NCBI RefSeq assembly: GCF_009914755.1
Contig: NC_060934.1
DNA: 64,000 nt
Origin: the human T2T-CHM13v2.0 reference genome, Homo sapiens
Direction: 5' to 3' (one strand)
Shown in pieces: positions 27,628-40,981 of this stretch (positions are counted from its first letter, which is position 1; each line of letters starts with the position of its first letter). Made by a program: the position numbers and the translations under genes. The notes beneath the pieces were generated by a model. It ran no database searches. It saw only the letters and a program-made list of their open reading frames with translations, and was not told the origin of the DNA.

Positions 27628-28181
27628 TATTCTCTACTTGTAATATAAGAAAAATTATCCTTTTCTGCTGCTTCCACTGAAGCTGAAATTGATCAGTTTT
27701 TTGGGGGAGTTGGTTTTTTTTTGTTTTTGTTTAGTTTTTTAATCACTCAGTTCAAGTGCCTGTGACAGTGATGTCCAGACGTCTGCTGTCAAGCAAACCT
27801 TATGTATCCTTGACGTGGTTTGGGATTGACTGAGTTGTGAAAATGTAGGTTTGTTTCATGCACTATCCCAACAAAACCTTTTAAGTCTCATTATATAATT
27901 GAAAGTATACCTGAACTAGGTAATCATAATTGTTCTATAATGACTTGTCACAGTTTGTAACATTGTTTTTATGCGAAAATATGCCTCATGGTCCATACAG
28001 CAGAAAATAAATAATGGAACACAGGTTTTTCATAATTGGAGTTGCTTCTATATAATTTATTTTAAAGAATTTCAAGTGATGAATTTTTTGCTTTTTTAAA
28101 AACTGTCTAAATTAGATGGTACCACATGTAAAGGGTGAACCCTACTGTTAATATTAGGCATGTGGTTTTTGCTATTTTTAG

Positions 28182-28410
28182 GAAACACATAATTATGTAG
28201 GATTTGAAGATATTATTGATTCTCTTCAAGATAATGTTGCTGATATTAAGAAACAGGCTGAAATTGCTCACTTATATATTGCATCTCTTCCTGACCCCCA
28301 GGAAGCTACTGCTTGTTTAGAACTAAAGTTTAATCAAATTAAAGCTGAATTAGCTAAAACCAAAGGAGAATTAATCAAAACCAAAGAAGAGTTAAAAAAG
28401 AGAGAAAATG
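28182..28410 (+). CDS. KIF20B: KIF20B exon 16 (long form; internal acceptor gives 28302-28410)
   Basis: ETHNYVGFEDIIDSLQDNV...PDPQ|EATACLELKFNQIK...KKREN; ATG|gtaagt; 229 nt. Confidence 0.93.
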
Positions 28411-28706
28411 GTAAGTGGATACATTTTACTTTTATTTAGATATTGTAAACACATAAAAAGTACTCTTGGTAAGTATAAGAGATTTATGTAGCTCATTTAC
28501 CGTAGTGACCAGAAAATTCTTTCATCTAGGTAACATATTTTAATATTTTACCATTTGTATGACTTTGTAGTAATTTACTACTAAAAATATTTTTTGACTT
28601 CCATTTATTTTAGACCAATATTATTAGAAAATGAGCTTCTCAACAAAAAAAGTCAAAACAAGTGTTAACTTTATGAGTAAAGCTGTAAATTTTGTTATAT
28701 ATATAT

Positions 28707-29002
28707 ATTTTTTATGACAGCGTCTCGCTCTGTCACCAAGGCTGGAGTCAGTAGTGGCATCACAGCTCACTGCAGCCTTCTACTCCTGGGCTCAATTACT
28801 CCTCTTGCCTCAGCTTCCTGAATACTTGGGACCACAAGTGTGCACTACCACAGCGGCTGCATTTTTTTTTTTTCTTTTTTGTAGAGATGGGATCTTGCTA
28901 TGCTGCCCAGATTGGTCTTGAACTCCTAGGCTCAAGTGATACTGGCTGCCTCGGCCTCCCAAAGTGCTGGGATTACAGGCATGAGCCGTGCTGTGCCTGG
29001 CC
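28707..29002 (-). mobile_element. AluJ
   Basis: Alu consensus. Confidence 0.9.
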
Positions 29003-29148
29003 TTGTTCTATATTCTTTATAAATTCTTGCAGTATAGAAGATTCACTGTTGGGATAGAGTGACTACTGTGGAGTGGTTTAAAGTAATTTGTTAGTTTGAT
29101 GCTTCATTCTAACTAGGAGGGCATTTTCTTTTTCTGTCTTCCCCCCCC

Positions 29149-29303
29149 TTTTTTTTTTTAAAGACAGGGTCTCACTCTGTCACCCAGGCTGGAGCGCAGA
29201 GGCATGATCATGGCTCACTGCAGTTTTCCACCTCCTGGGCTCAAGTGATCCTTCCACCTTAGTCTCCTGAGTAGCTTGGACTACAGACATGTGCCACCAT
29301 GCT
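29149..29303 (-). mobile_element. 5'-truncated Alu (right arm) with TSD
   Basis: GAGGGCATTTT on both sides. Confidence 0.85.
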
Positions 29304-29744
29304 GAGGGCATTTTATATACATAAATAGAATTGTTTGTAATATCTGCATTTTAAGAATTAGTTGCAATAACTGCTCTGCCCTTTTTTGTGTGAAACAAAT
29401 GGGTAGAAAATAACACGTAAGTGGTGCCTTTGCATTATGAAATGTACTTAAAAAGCACTAGCTCCTTTTCTTCTCTGATGCTATGCCAGTTCTTTACTAT
29501 TTAGCATATGCCACCTATTTTTATCCTGAGTTTTAGAAGTGGCTTTTTCTGAAACATTACCCTGTTGTGGTTGAATTAGCAGATTTTTTTTTAATGAGTA
29601 GGGTGTGCTTCTAGTGCTATCAAAATCCTTTTTATTGAATGTAACAGTAAAGTGTCACTAGAGCAGCATATGTTTCATAGTTATTCAGTGATACATATTT
29701 TTAGATGCTTAGATATTTATTTTCAATGTTCTTTATTTTTTCAG

Positions 29745-29785
29745 AATCAGATTCATTGATTCAAGAGCTTGAGACATCTAATAAG
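29745..29785 (+). CDS. KIF20B: KIF20B exon 17 (41 nt)
   Basis: (E)SDSLIQELETSNK; AAG|gtaatg; restores phase 0. Confidence 0.92.
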
Positions 29786-30388
29786 GTAATGCTTTAAGTT
29801 TTATTTTGTCTTGATAAGGTATTTAATTAACAAAGGGGTATGAATGATGACTAGATTTGTTTATTTTAAAAAATAATTAAACAGTAATATAGTCTCTTGG
29901 TATGCATGGGGGATTGGTTTTATTCTGTTATTTTTTCTGTTCTTCTTTGGCTTGAGTCTTCTTATTTCAACTTGTATTTATCCTTTCAAAAAGCTGAATA
30001 TTTTAAAATATGATCAGATATAAATAATTCAAGATCTTGGTATCTAATATCCAGTATTTAAAGAACAAAAATGTACTTAGAAGACATTACACCTACTGTT
30101 TATACAATTCCTATCTTTTCTTGTATTTTTTCTACTTATGAAAATAGTAGACACTAGTTGTACCAATTACCTTAAGCTATATAAATAGAAAATAAAAAAT
30201 TTCCCATAATGTTCTTCCTAAATTTAAAACAAAACCAAACCAACTTGTTTGGAAGCTCTTTAGACTGTTACTTTATGTATGTATTTATAGAACACTTACC
30301 ATTTACCAGATACTCCTTCAAGTGCTTTTTATTAACTCATTTAAATGTTAGAGCAACTTTATGATGTAACTTGCCCAGGGTGACATAG

Positions 30389-30698
30389 TTTTTTTAGTTT
30401 TATTTATTTATTGTTTTTGAAATGGAGTCTCACTCTGTTGCCCAGGCTGGAGTGCAGTGGCATGGCTCACTGCAGCCTACGTTTCCTGGGTTCAAGTGAT
30501 TCTCCTGCCTCAGCCTCCCAAGTAGTTAGGGTTACAGGTGGCCACCACCCCCGGCTGATTTTTGTATTTTTCAGTGGAGACGGGCTTTCACGATGTTGGC
30601 CAGGCTGGTCTCAAACTCCTGACTTCAGGTAATCTCCCCACCAGGTAATTTGGCCTCCCAAAGTGCTGGGATTACAGGCATGAGCCACTGTGCCTGGC
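30389..30698 (-). mobile_element. AluS inserted in a MIR
   Basis: TSD CCAGGGTGACATA; MIR continues 'ggatttgagcccaggcagtctggctcc'. Confidence 0.92.
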
Positions 30699-30792
30699 CC
30701 AGGGTGACATATTAAAAGGGATAGCAGCTAGGATTTGAGCCCAGGCAGTCTGGCTCCAAATTCCTCTTATATGCTATATAGCTTCTTTTTTC

Positions 30793-30794
<2 letters not shown>

Positions 30795-30833
<39 letters not shown>
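30795..30833 (+). repeat. (TG)n microsatellite
   Basis: ~19 TG units. Confidence 0.97.
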
Positions 30834-30837
<4 letters not shown>

Positions 30838-31012
30838 AATTTTTTTAAAGGCAAAAATAAGATCATGCTGTGCATAGTGTGTTGCCACTGATTAGCTTTA
30901 TTTAACTTTAAAATTTGAAGGAATTATAAAACTGTTTGCATTATTAATCATATTTGCATTCTAGTTATCCTAAAGTATATTCATGAAACATTGCTTTTTC
31001 TTCTTTCCAAAG

Positions 31013-31132
31013 AAAATAATTACACAGAATCAAAGAATTAAAGAATTGATAAATATAATTGATCAAAAAGAAGATACTATCAACGAATTTCAGAACCTAA
31101 AGTCTCATATGGAAAACACATTTAAATGCAAT
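31013..31132 (+). CDS. KIF20B: KIF20B exon 18
   Basis: KIITQNQRIKELINIIDQKEDTINEFQNLKSHMENTFKCN; AAT|gtaaga; 120 nt. Confidence 0.94.
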
Positions 31133-32194
31133 GTAAGAATTTAACCTTGTGTTATATTAATAAATTAGATAAGCATATGTTTTGGTTGAAAGGAAATAAT
31201 TTAAAATAGCTTATGCAACTAAGACTAATTTATTGAGAATGTTGAATTGCTTATGCAACATTGAACTCAATTTACTGTTTTCCAAATCTGAATTTTTGAG
31301 AACTTAGACGAGGGTGTTTGACTTCTTTGAACATACTTTTCCACAAGATACGCTGGCAGTGCTTTGCATGTAAAAAGGAGGAGAATATGTAGCCTTTGGA
31401 CGTTTAAGCCTCAGCTAGTTGGAAGGGGAGCTTTGAGGAGAAAGGAATTTAGGTGTACTTAGAAAACCAGATTATAATGTTTCAGGGAACTATAACATGA
31501 AATTCAGTAAAATTAGGTTTTTCCTTAGAAGCTTGTTTTTATTATATGTATTGTTGCTATTGTTTATATGCTTAATAGCAAGGATATTTTTTCTAAAAAG
31601 TTATACACTGTGACATGTAAAGACTTAAAGGGTTGTCTTTCATACAAATTTAGATAATTTCATATTCAGTTCAGCTTAGAATGATCAGCTTGTCTTTTAA
31701 TCCATGTCTTTTAAAATGGCTTTTGGTTTTCTTTTTTTGGGGTAAGCTCCTTCAAATTATTCTTTTATTTAGAAATGGTAAAATATATGGTAATAATGTA
31801 GTAAGCTGAGTAAACTTAGAGCCAAACATCTTGCTTTGTTGAAAGGTGCTTTTTTATGTCTTTTCTATGACCAAAAGAAGCAGGCGTGGTATCTTATAAA
31901 AAGTGACTGTTGAGTTTCCTTTGTATCTTGATAGTCAAACTCTAATACCCACCAACATTCCCTGATTCATCTGAACTTTAGATGGGCATTTGATACCACA
32001 GGGGTAAATGAGGAGCATTCTAGAAGAGCACTCTGTCTAATCTCCTATAGTAGGCCTTTCTTTTGGTATTTATTAGATACATGATTCATTCTCTGGTTTT
32101 TCTGTACCTGAACTGGGAGAAATATCCTAATATTTAATATGTTAATAATAAACTATTTAGTAATAATTAGTATTTAATAAGGTGGAGGAGCAAG

Positions 32195-32930
32195 AAACAC
32201 TTGTGGAGTGTCCAGCGTGTGCCAGGTACTATGCTAGATTATTGGAATTATACAGATTAATAAAATCTACTACCCTAACAATCCCCCAATAAGAAAAAAA
32301 CAACATAAATATAGTTATAATACAATGTGCAGTCGTAGTCAATGTGTGAAGCTGTGAGTGGGTGGGGAGTTAGGAATACTTTGTGGAGATGAAAATGATT
32401 AAGTTGAGCCTTAAAGGGTGAGTAAAATTTAGCCTTTTGAAGGTAGAGGAAGGGGACAGTGGTAGTCAGGAGAGACAAGAAGGTACATTGGCCTTCCATG
32501 TACCAGAATCAGAGTGCACAAAGTCATGGAAATGAGAAATCTTTCAGTGAGTGCAGGAAAATACAAACAATTTGTTGTTTAGGAAGAAAGTTTGAAGCAA
32601 GGAGAGGTGAGAAATGAGGCTAGGAGTAGTAGAATAGGATAAGATGAAAGACCTTGAATACTGCATTAAAGAGTTTGGGGAGTCAGTGGGGGAGTCATTT
32701 TCACCAGAGGAATAGCAAAGAGGAGTTTTTCATTTGAGTAGATATTTTTGGAAACTTGGAAGATAGGATTGAGATGGAATTAGACTACAGGCAGAGAGAC
32801 CAGATAGCTACCTCTTGGAAGAGTTCAGCTAATAGTTGATGAGGACTTCGATTTACGGTAGTAGTAGTAGAGATTAAGGAAGAGGAAATTGATTTGTGAA
32901 GTAAGGGGATGTTAAAATTTTGAGACTTGG
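32195..32930 (-). mobile_element. L2 fragment
   Basis: 'gtgccaggtactatgctag', 'agttgagccttaaaggg', purine-rich antisense L2 pattern. Confidence 0.55.
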
Positions 32931-34013
32931 GGCAGTAAATTAATTGCTGGGCCTCCTGGCTCTCGAAACTTTTATTTGGTTAGTCATCACATGCTTTTTG
33001 CTCTCATCTCTTGATCTGGATTTTAAATCTGTTCTTTGATTTGGTAAATAAAAACAAAAAGGAAAGTCAGAGACAGGTCATTTCTGGCGACTACAACTTC
33101 AAAGAAAATAGTTGGAAATTTCACATGGGATTATATTTATTGCTGTAGTGTGTTTGCATACCATAATATATTAGCAATATTTAAGGAAGTGATAGTAAAA
33201 AAATCAATATTTGTAAATTAGTTAGTCCTTGCTTGTAAATAAACTTTATAGATTCTAGATCTTGTTTTATCAACTAACTTAATACAGTGTGCTAAATTTA
33301 AATTGTTCACTTAAATACATACAAATATACAAAGTAGTTTGGAACTTACCTAATTGTCCTGATTAACAGTTGATCTAGGGTCACTGTTCCACATCTTGTC
33401 TTGAGCGCAAACTCTTTCCAATAATGAAAAAATTTAGTTTGAATTCTTTGCTTTTTCTACCCAAGCATACCCTGGGAGCAGAAAACCCTCCTTTCAATAA
33501 CTATAACTTCTGAAGGATAGATTTTTGGTGAGGATTGTATATTTTGAAGCGGGGAAAAATGACGGGATCATTCTGATAGGTACCAAGGATCGGGGAAGGA
33601 ACAACTTGGACTTGTTATGGAGCTGTGTCAGAGGTGTGATCTGCCTGTCCCATGATTTTGTCATTTATCAGTGACACTAAGGGACTAATTGTGAGAAAGC
33701 GTGGAGATTGTTCTTTATGACATCCTTTGTTTAGAGATACTAGAAAAACTTTGCCTTTTTTCTTAAATAACCCATTACTTTATGACTTTAAAAGGTTATT
33801 TTTATCTGTATTTCCTGCTAATACAATGTTTGCTGATTAAGCGGCACTCTATCATACACTTTGTTTTTTCAAATTGATTGCTACAAGTTTCTGCCTTCAC
33901 CATACATTTGATTACTCTATAGACTTGCGCTTAAATGCTGAGTTTTACCCTTCTTCTAAATCCATATTATACCCTTTTTTTGGAAGTTCCCCCCCTCTCT
34001 CAGCTCCCCCACT

Positions 34014-34305
34014 TTCTTTCTTTTTAGAGGTAGGGTCTCATCACTCTGTTGCCCAGGCTGAAGTGCAGTGATGTGACCATGGCTCACTGCAGCCTTGAAC
34101 TGCTGGGCTCAAGAGATCCCATTGCCTTAGCCTTCCGAGTAGCTGGGACTGCAGGCATGGACCACAACACCTGGAATTTTAATTTTTTGTAGAGACGGGT
34201 TCTCACTGTGTGGCCCAGGCTGGTCTCAAACTCCTGGGCTTGAGTAATCCTCCGGCCTCAGCCTCCCAAAGTGCTGGGATTACAGGCAGGAGCCCCTGTG
34301 CTTGG
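34014..34305 (-). mobile_element. AluJ
   Basis: Alu consensus. Confidence 0.9.
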
Positions 34306-34787
34306 TTGCTACTAGCCTTTTCAAGGGAGGCAGTCTGCCTTAAAAAAAAAAAAAGTCTAAATGACGTATCTAGAAGCTCAGTTTCAAAGCTGTCTGTAGG
34401 CTGTATATCTTTGAATATATATCGACTTAAAGCTAAGGGCAAAACTATTTTTCTAGGAGTTGTTAATGTTTAAGACAATACTAATCTTTAAGAGGCTTTG
34501 GCTACAAAACAAAATAAATAGTTGAGTTCATATTTTTCTTTTCAAAGCACATTTCTGATGTGACTTCAGAGATTTATCTTCTTAAGATTCTCCAGTTATC
34601 CCCAAATGTTACTTATTTGCTAGAGCCATCAGTTATTTTAGGACGAAACTTAAGAAATAACTTAGAAAATGTCTCAACAAATTTGAAAATAAAATTTTTA
34701 TGGTACACCATTGAAAGTAATTTATGTGATTTGTACATTTTTTGTAGCTTTCTATATGTGAATTATTTTTAACTTATTTTGCTTTAG

Positions 34788-34941
34788 GACAAGGCTGATA
34801 CATCTTCTTTAATAATAAACAATAAATTGATTTGTAATGAAACAGTTGAAGTACCTAAGGACAGCAAATCTAAAATCTGTTCAGAAAGAAAAAGAGTAAA
34901 TGAAAATGAACTTCAGCAAGATGAACCACCAGCAAAGAAAG
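34788..34941 (+). CDS. KIF20B: KIF20B exon 19
   Basis: DKADTSSLIINNKLICNETVEVPKDS...QQDEPPAKK; AAG|gtacta; 154 nt, phase fits exon 20. Confidence 0.93.
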
Positions 34942-36012
34942 GTACTACTTCAGCTGCCAGCAGCAGGCGTTTAAGAAAGCTAATTTCTAAACCAGTAAAT
35001 AGAACAAGGCAAACAGAGGGGCATTCACTTGTCTAAGGAAAAATCTTGAGAAAATCTAAACGTCTTGAATTTTTATTCTGGAAAGTTATACATTTTCTAG
35101 GGATGGGCATAGTTAAAGCTTTTATCTTAATAAATATGCTTTTAGAAATTGTGCTTTTATTATTTCTTTCGCAGTCTATGTAATAATTTCTGTGCTTATA
35201 ATAGTTAAAACTCATTACTTTGATTTTATAAATATAGTATTTTCTGCCTAAATCCCAGCACATTATTTTGTTTTCTTTGTTTGCATTCTTTATTCATTTG
35301 GAGAAAAGGATATTTTACAGTAAGACTTTGAGCTAAATATTATTAATAATAAATGTATTCAAGCTGTATTTGTGATACCAGGAGACAGTCTGATGAAAGA
35401 TAATACATGTTGAAGATTATTTTTTAAAAAATCTTTAATAGTAACTGGGCAAGTTTGTTGTAAATATAAAGAAGGGCAAACCTTTGAATTTTAGAGGAGG
35501 TAGACTCTTTAGAATAAACTGAAAATCTTGAGGAAATAAATAGGAAAATGTAAATTGCAAACATAAGAAACGCTTCAAAAAGAAACTCAGCAGCTTTTAA
35601 GAAAATACAGCAGGCATAATGCCTTATTTTACCCCTTCCTCTTTGAGGCTGGACAGTGTAAATTATACATAATAAAACCTTGTCCACTGAGCTTTTAAAA
35701 TTAGTCTGTATTGAAGAAAAGAGATCTTGGAATCCTGTAATGAAATTGCACAATTACAGCTTCCCAAGAACATTTAGACAATTGAGTGAAACAAAAAAGA
35801 ACATGCATTGCATTTGAGAAATGAAGACTTAACAAATACAGGTTGTTTTTTGTATATACAGTATCGAAGGCAAAACTAGATAAATTCTAGATGGGACAGG
35901 GAGGTAAGATTCCCATATTATATAGTGATTCTTGGGTGGGGGCATATTCTCACTGGGGGAAATCAGTATCTTGAGAGAGCTAGGGGATTTTAATTTATCA
36001 AAAGGGGTCATA

Positions 36013-36321
<309 letters not shown>

Positions 36322-37357
36322 TCATAGTATTAAAAAACCTTGAGAACAAACAATCACATAAGTTTTTTCTTCTCCACATTATGGTAGTACCTGAGGGACC
36401 TTTCATAAATGCTTTGGCTTTTCCTTTATTTTGCTCATAACTTCAACTGTGATTAGTATATATGGAAATGAGTATAGAAACTCATTTGTATATGGCATGG
36501 CAGATTTCAATTTAATGAGCTTTGTAATGATCTCAAAAGTGCTGCCTTCTTCATCGAACAGATTCATTACATGTGCATCCCATGGGCTATCATCTCACAA
36601 CTAGGATGCACAAGAGCCTGTGAGAGGCAGGCTAAAACTTAATGGGTTTGAATTTCATAACTACAAGAGGTTTGACGTTTGGCTCTTAAGGAACAATTAC
36701 ATGCAGCAGTGCTGTCAGTTAAGGGCTTTGTAATGTAACAAACTGATATGTTAAGATCCCAAAGGTATTACAGAAGTCACTGTCAACTTCTAGAAATTTT
36801 CAAAAATAATACCCCAGAACACTAATTCTCAAAACGTTGCATGTAAAATACATCCCAGACTTACCAAATCACTATCTTTGGTATTTGGTGCCAGGAATCT
36901 GCATTTTAATAAGGTCCCTGGATAATTCCTCCCAATAAAACTAGAAAATCACTCTTGTGTAAATAAATGTTTTTCAGTGTTAAAGAGAGAACATTAAAAT
37001 TTTAAACATAAAGTTACCATAAAGTAACAAAATTAATGTAACTGGAATATGTCAGATTCATGAATTTACATATATCTAGAAGCAGAATAAATTATTATTG
37101 CAAAAATCACAAAGATTATTTGTTTTCTATACCATGATATGTCTTAGAGATAGAAAAGAAGAACATATGTGGTATAGTTAAGTTTCAAAAATATTACATT
37201 TAGGATTATTATTCTATTTAGGTTTATTGTTCGTGATGAGTGAGATATAGGGAGTCTGCCATCAAGGAGCTTAAAATCTAGTAGATGAGAGAGACAAACA
37301 TATTTCAATAAAATATAAAGAGCTGAGATGCATAGGATAATATTCGGGACTCATTAA

Positions 37358-37722
<365 letters not shown>

Positions 37723-39271
37723 AGAAAGTAGTAGGTTTCTTAACTAGAAGGATTTCAAGCCAAACCTACATTATAATTGTCTTCTGCTCTTATAGATTAG
37801 TAACCCTTGTACTTCATATTATATCTGGGATCATTAAACAAGAAGAATTTGATTCTTACATAGTGAGGATATCACATAAAAATACAGGTTAATTAAACAG
37901 AAATGGTCAGTGAGGGAGTGAATGGCGGTCAGAAGAACATATGGAATTGATTGTATTAGAGCAAAGTCGTGTAGAAAATTCACATAAAAATTGTACCAGA
38001 ACAATGTTGTAAAGTCTACTTGCAAACATCATATAAACATCAAACCATGAAGTATAACAAAACAGGAAAAAATTTCTAAAAACGAAGAGTCAGATTCTGG
38101 CCTGTTTTGAAGTAAGGTTTCGAGGATCTGAGACACTCATCTGACCCTTAATGGAAATTGTATGAAATATAAAAAGATATGTAGATATAAATTTATATAT
38201 CTAGAAGATTGTTAATTATATTTCAAGATTTAATCATGGAATCTATGAGGAAAGTTTAAAAGAATATAATTTATACTGGGCACTTACGTGGGGTGAGTTT
38301 ATTTGTCAGAGTGAACTTATGAATTAAATTGTAGCTAATAGTGTATCTGTTCTGGGTATAATTTGATCTGTACTGATTATAATGGCTAAAGTTCTTACAT
38401 GTATACAACATTTACGTAGTCATTTAACTTACATTACGTATTAACTCATTTTAGTCTCTTAGCATTATTCTGTAGAGTAAGTTGGGCAGGTAAGGGTATC
38501 TTTATTCTAGCAATATACATATTAAGCCTGAAAAAGGCAAACTTTTATGCATTTTCAATTAGTTGAATCCTTCTGTACAGATTTTCAGGTTCTATTAATA
38601 GTTAAATCTATCCAATGCACAGTGTCGTCAACCCATTTGTCATCTTGATCTTCACAACTTTGAGATAGGTGGTATTATTCCTATATCACATTTGAGGAAA
38701 CAGTCGTAGTATGAAGCAGTTTATTAATGGTTACAGCTAGTAAGGCTATATTATATGAATTCCCAAAGTTTTAACATGTCCCTTCTAATTTTAGCTATGA
38801 AAATTTAAGATACTCCATTTGCCTATTGCTAATATAGTAAAAGCCACAATATAATTGTAGCTTAAAACTGTTCGTTAGGATATGGAATGTCTGCCTAGGG
38901 TTTCTCGTCATCTCCTCCTCTCTGTCCCATATTGAAATGACAATAAAGATTTGTGGTACAAAATTTAAATAATACTGAAAGTTAGAAATAGCTGGTAATG
39001 CTACTCAGAGGTAGGTAGCTGCCATCATTTTGGTGTACTTCCTTTGCTAACTTTGTATTACCTTGTGAAATAATAATTTTTACATAAATGGGCTCATACC
39101 ACATGTTTTAAAACCTGTTTTTTCTTTTTTTCTCAACAGCTTATTTCATTTTTTTTTTTTAATTAGAAGTTTACTTTTACATGTTTTGTATGTTTGAATA
39201 TTGGCTTATATGGTGACTTTTTGGTTTTATTAAGGTTTGCCAGATTAATAACAATTTTCTTATTTTTAAAG

Positions 39272-40502
39272 GGTCTATCCATGTTAGTTCAGCTATCACT
39301 GAAGACCAAAAGAAAAGTGAAGAAGTGCGACCGAACATTGCAGAAATTGAAGACATCAGAGTTTTACAAGAAAATAATGAAGGACTGAGAGCATTTTTAC
39401 TCACTATTGAGAATGAACTTAAAAATGAAAAGGAAGAAAAAGCAGAATTAAATAAACAGATTGTTCATTTTCAGCAGGAACTTTCTCTTTCTGAAAAAAA
39501 GAATTTAACTTTAAGTAAAGAGGTCCAACAAATTCAGTCAAATTATGATATTGCAATTGCTGAATTACATGTGCAGAAAAGTAAAAATCAAGAACAGGAG
39601 GAAAAGATCATGAAATTGTCAAATGAGATAGAAACTGCTACAAGAAGCATTACAAATAATGTTTCACAAATAAAATTAATGCACACGAAAATAGACGAAC
39701 TACGTACTCTTGATTCAGTTTCTCAGATTTCAAACATAGATTTGCTCAATCTCAGGGATCTGTCAAATGGTTCTGAGGAGGATAATTTGCCAAATACACA
39801 GTTAGACCTTTTAGGTAATGATTATTTGGTAAGTAAGCAAGTTAAAGAATATCGAATTCAAGAACCCAATAGGGAAAATTCTTTCCACTCTAGTATTGAA
39901 GCTATTTGGGAAGAATGTAAAGAGATTGTGAAGGCCTCTTCCAAAAAAAGTCATCAGATTGAGGAACTGGAACAACAAATTGAAAAATTGCAGGCAGAAG
40001 TAAAAGGCTATAAGGATGAAAACAATAGACTAAAGGAGAAGGAGCATAAAAACCAAGATGACCTACTAAAAGAAAAAGAAACTCTTATACAGCAGCTGAA
40101 AGAAGAATTGCAAGAAAAAAATGTTACTCTTGATGTTCAAATACAGCATGTAGTTGAAGGAAAGAGAGCGCTTTCAGAACTTACACAAGGTGTTACTTGC
40201 TATAAGGCAAAAATAAAGGAACTTGAAACAATTTTAGAGACTCAGAAAGTTGAACGTAGTCATTCAGCCAAGTTAGAACAAGACATTTTGGAAAAGGAAT
40301 CTATCATCTTAAAGCTAGAAAGAAATTTGAAGGAATTTCAAGAACATCTTCAGGATTCTGTCAAAAACACCAAAGATTTAAATGTAAAGGAACTCAAGCT
40401 GAAAGAAGAAATCACACAGTTAACAAATAATTTGCAAGATATGAAACATTTACTTCAATTAAAAGAAGAAGAAGAAGAAACCAACAGGCAAGAAACAGAA
40501 AA
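39272..40502 (+). CDS. KIF20B: KIF20B exon 20 (1231 nt, coiled coil)
   Basis: aag|GG TCT ATC; matches ORF 39325..40506; GAA AA|gtaagc. Confidence 0.97.
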
Positions 40503-40842
40503 GTAAGCTAAATGTTATTCAAAATATTTTAAAATACACAAAGCATTCATTTTGCTATGCAGCTTTAAAAAAGTTAGATAGTCATACTTAATCTGGTAAA
40601 GCATAGCATGTATGATGAGTGAAGAACTTGAACTTTGTCCATATAAACCTTTGGACCATAGGTTATGTGAAAAGATCAGCTTATAAAAATCATATGAAAT
40701 ATTTTCTGAAGAACTCATTCATAGTTTGGATATTCCAAATTTGTGAAAAGATACAATTTTGTAAAGATTGTTACCATTTCACATGTATGGTCCTAAGCAG
40801 TTAATGATGCATTACCATAGAAAAGTGGTTTATGTTTTTTAG

Positions 40843-40981
40843 ATTGAAAGAGGAACTCTCTGCAAGCTCTGCTCGTACCCAGAATCTGAAAGCAGATCTT
40901 CAGAGGAAGGAAGAAGATTATGCTGACCTGAAAGAGAAACTGACTGATGCCAAAAAGCAGATTAAGCAAGTACAGAAAGAG
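40843..40981 (+). CDS. KIF20B: KIF20B exon 21
   Basis: LKEELSASSARTQNLKADLQRKEEDY...QVQKE; GAG|gtaggt; 139 nt. Confidence 0.96.

Noticed and set aside
31013-31132. Three 120-nt phase-0 modules (exon 16 extension, exons 18 and 22) as a duplicated unit
   Set aside because: No evident sequence similarity; 120 nt is close to the typical exon length
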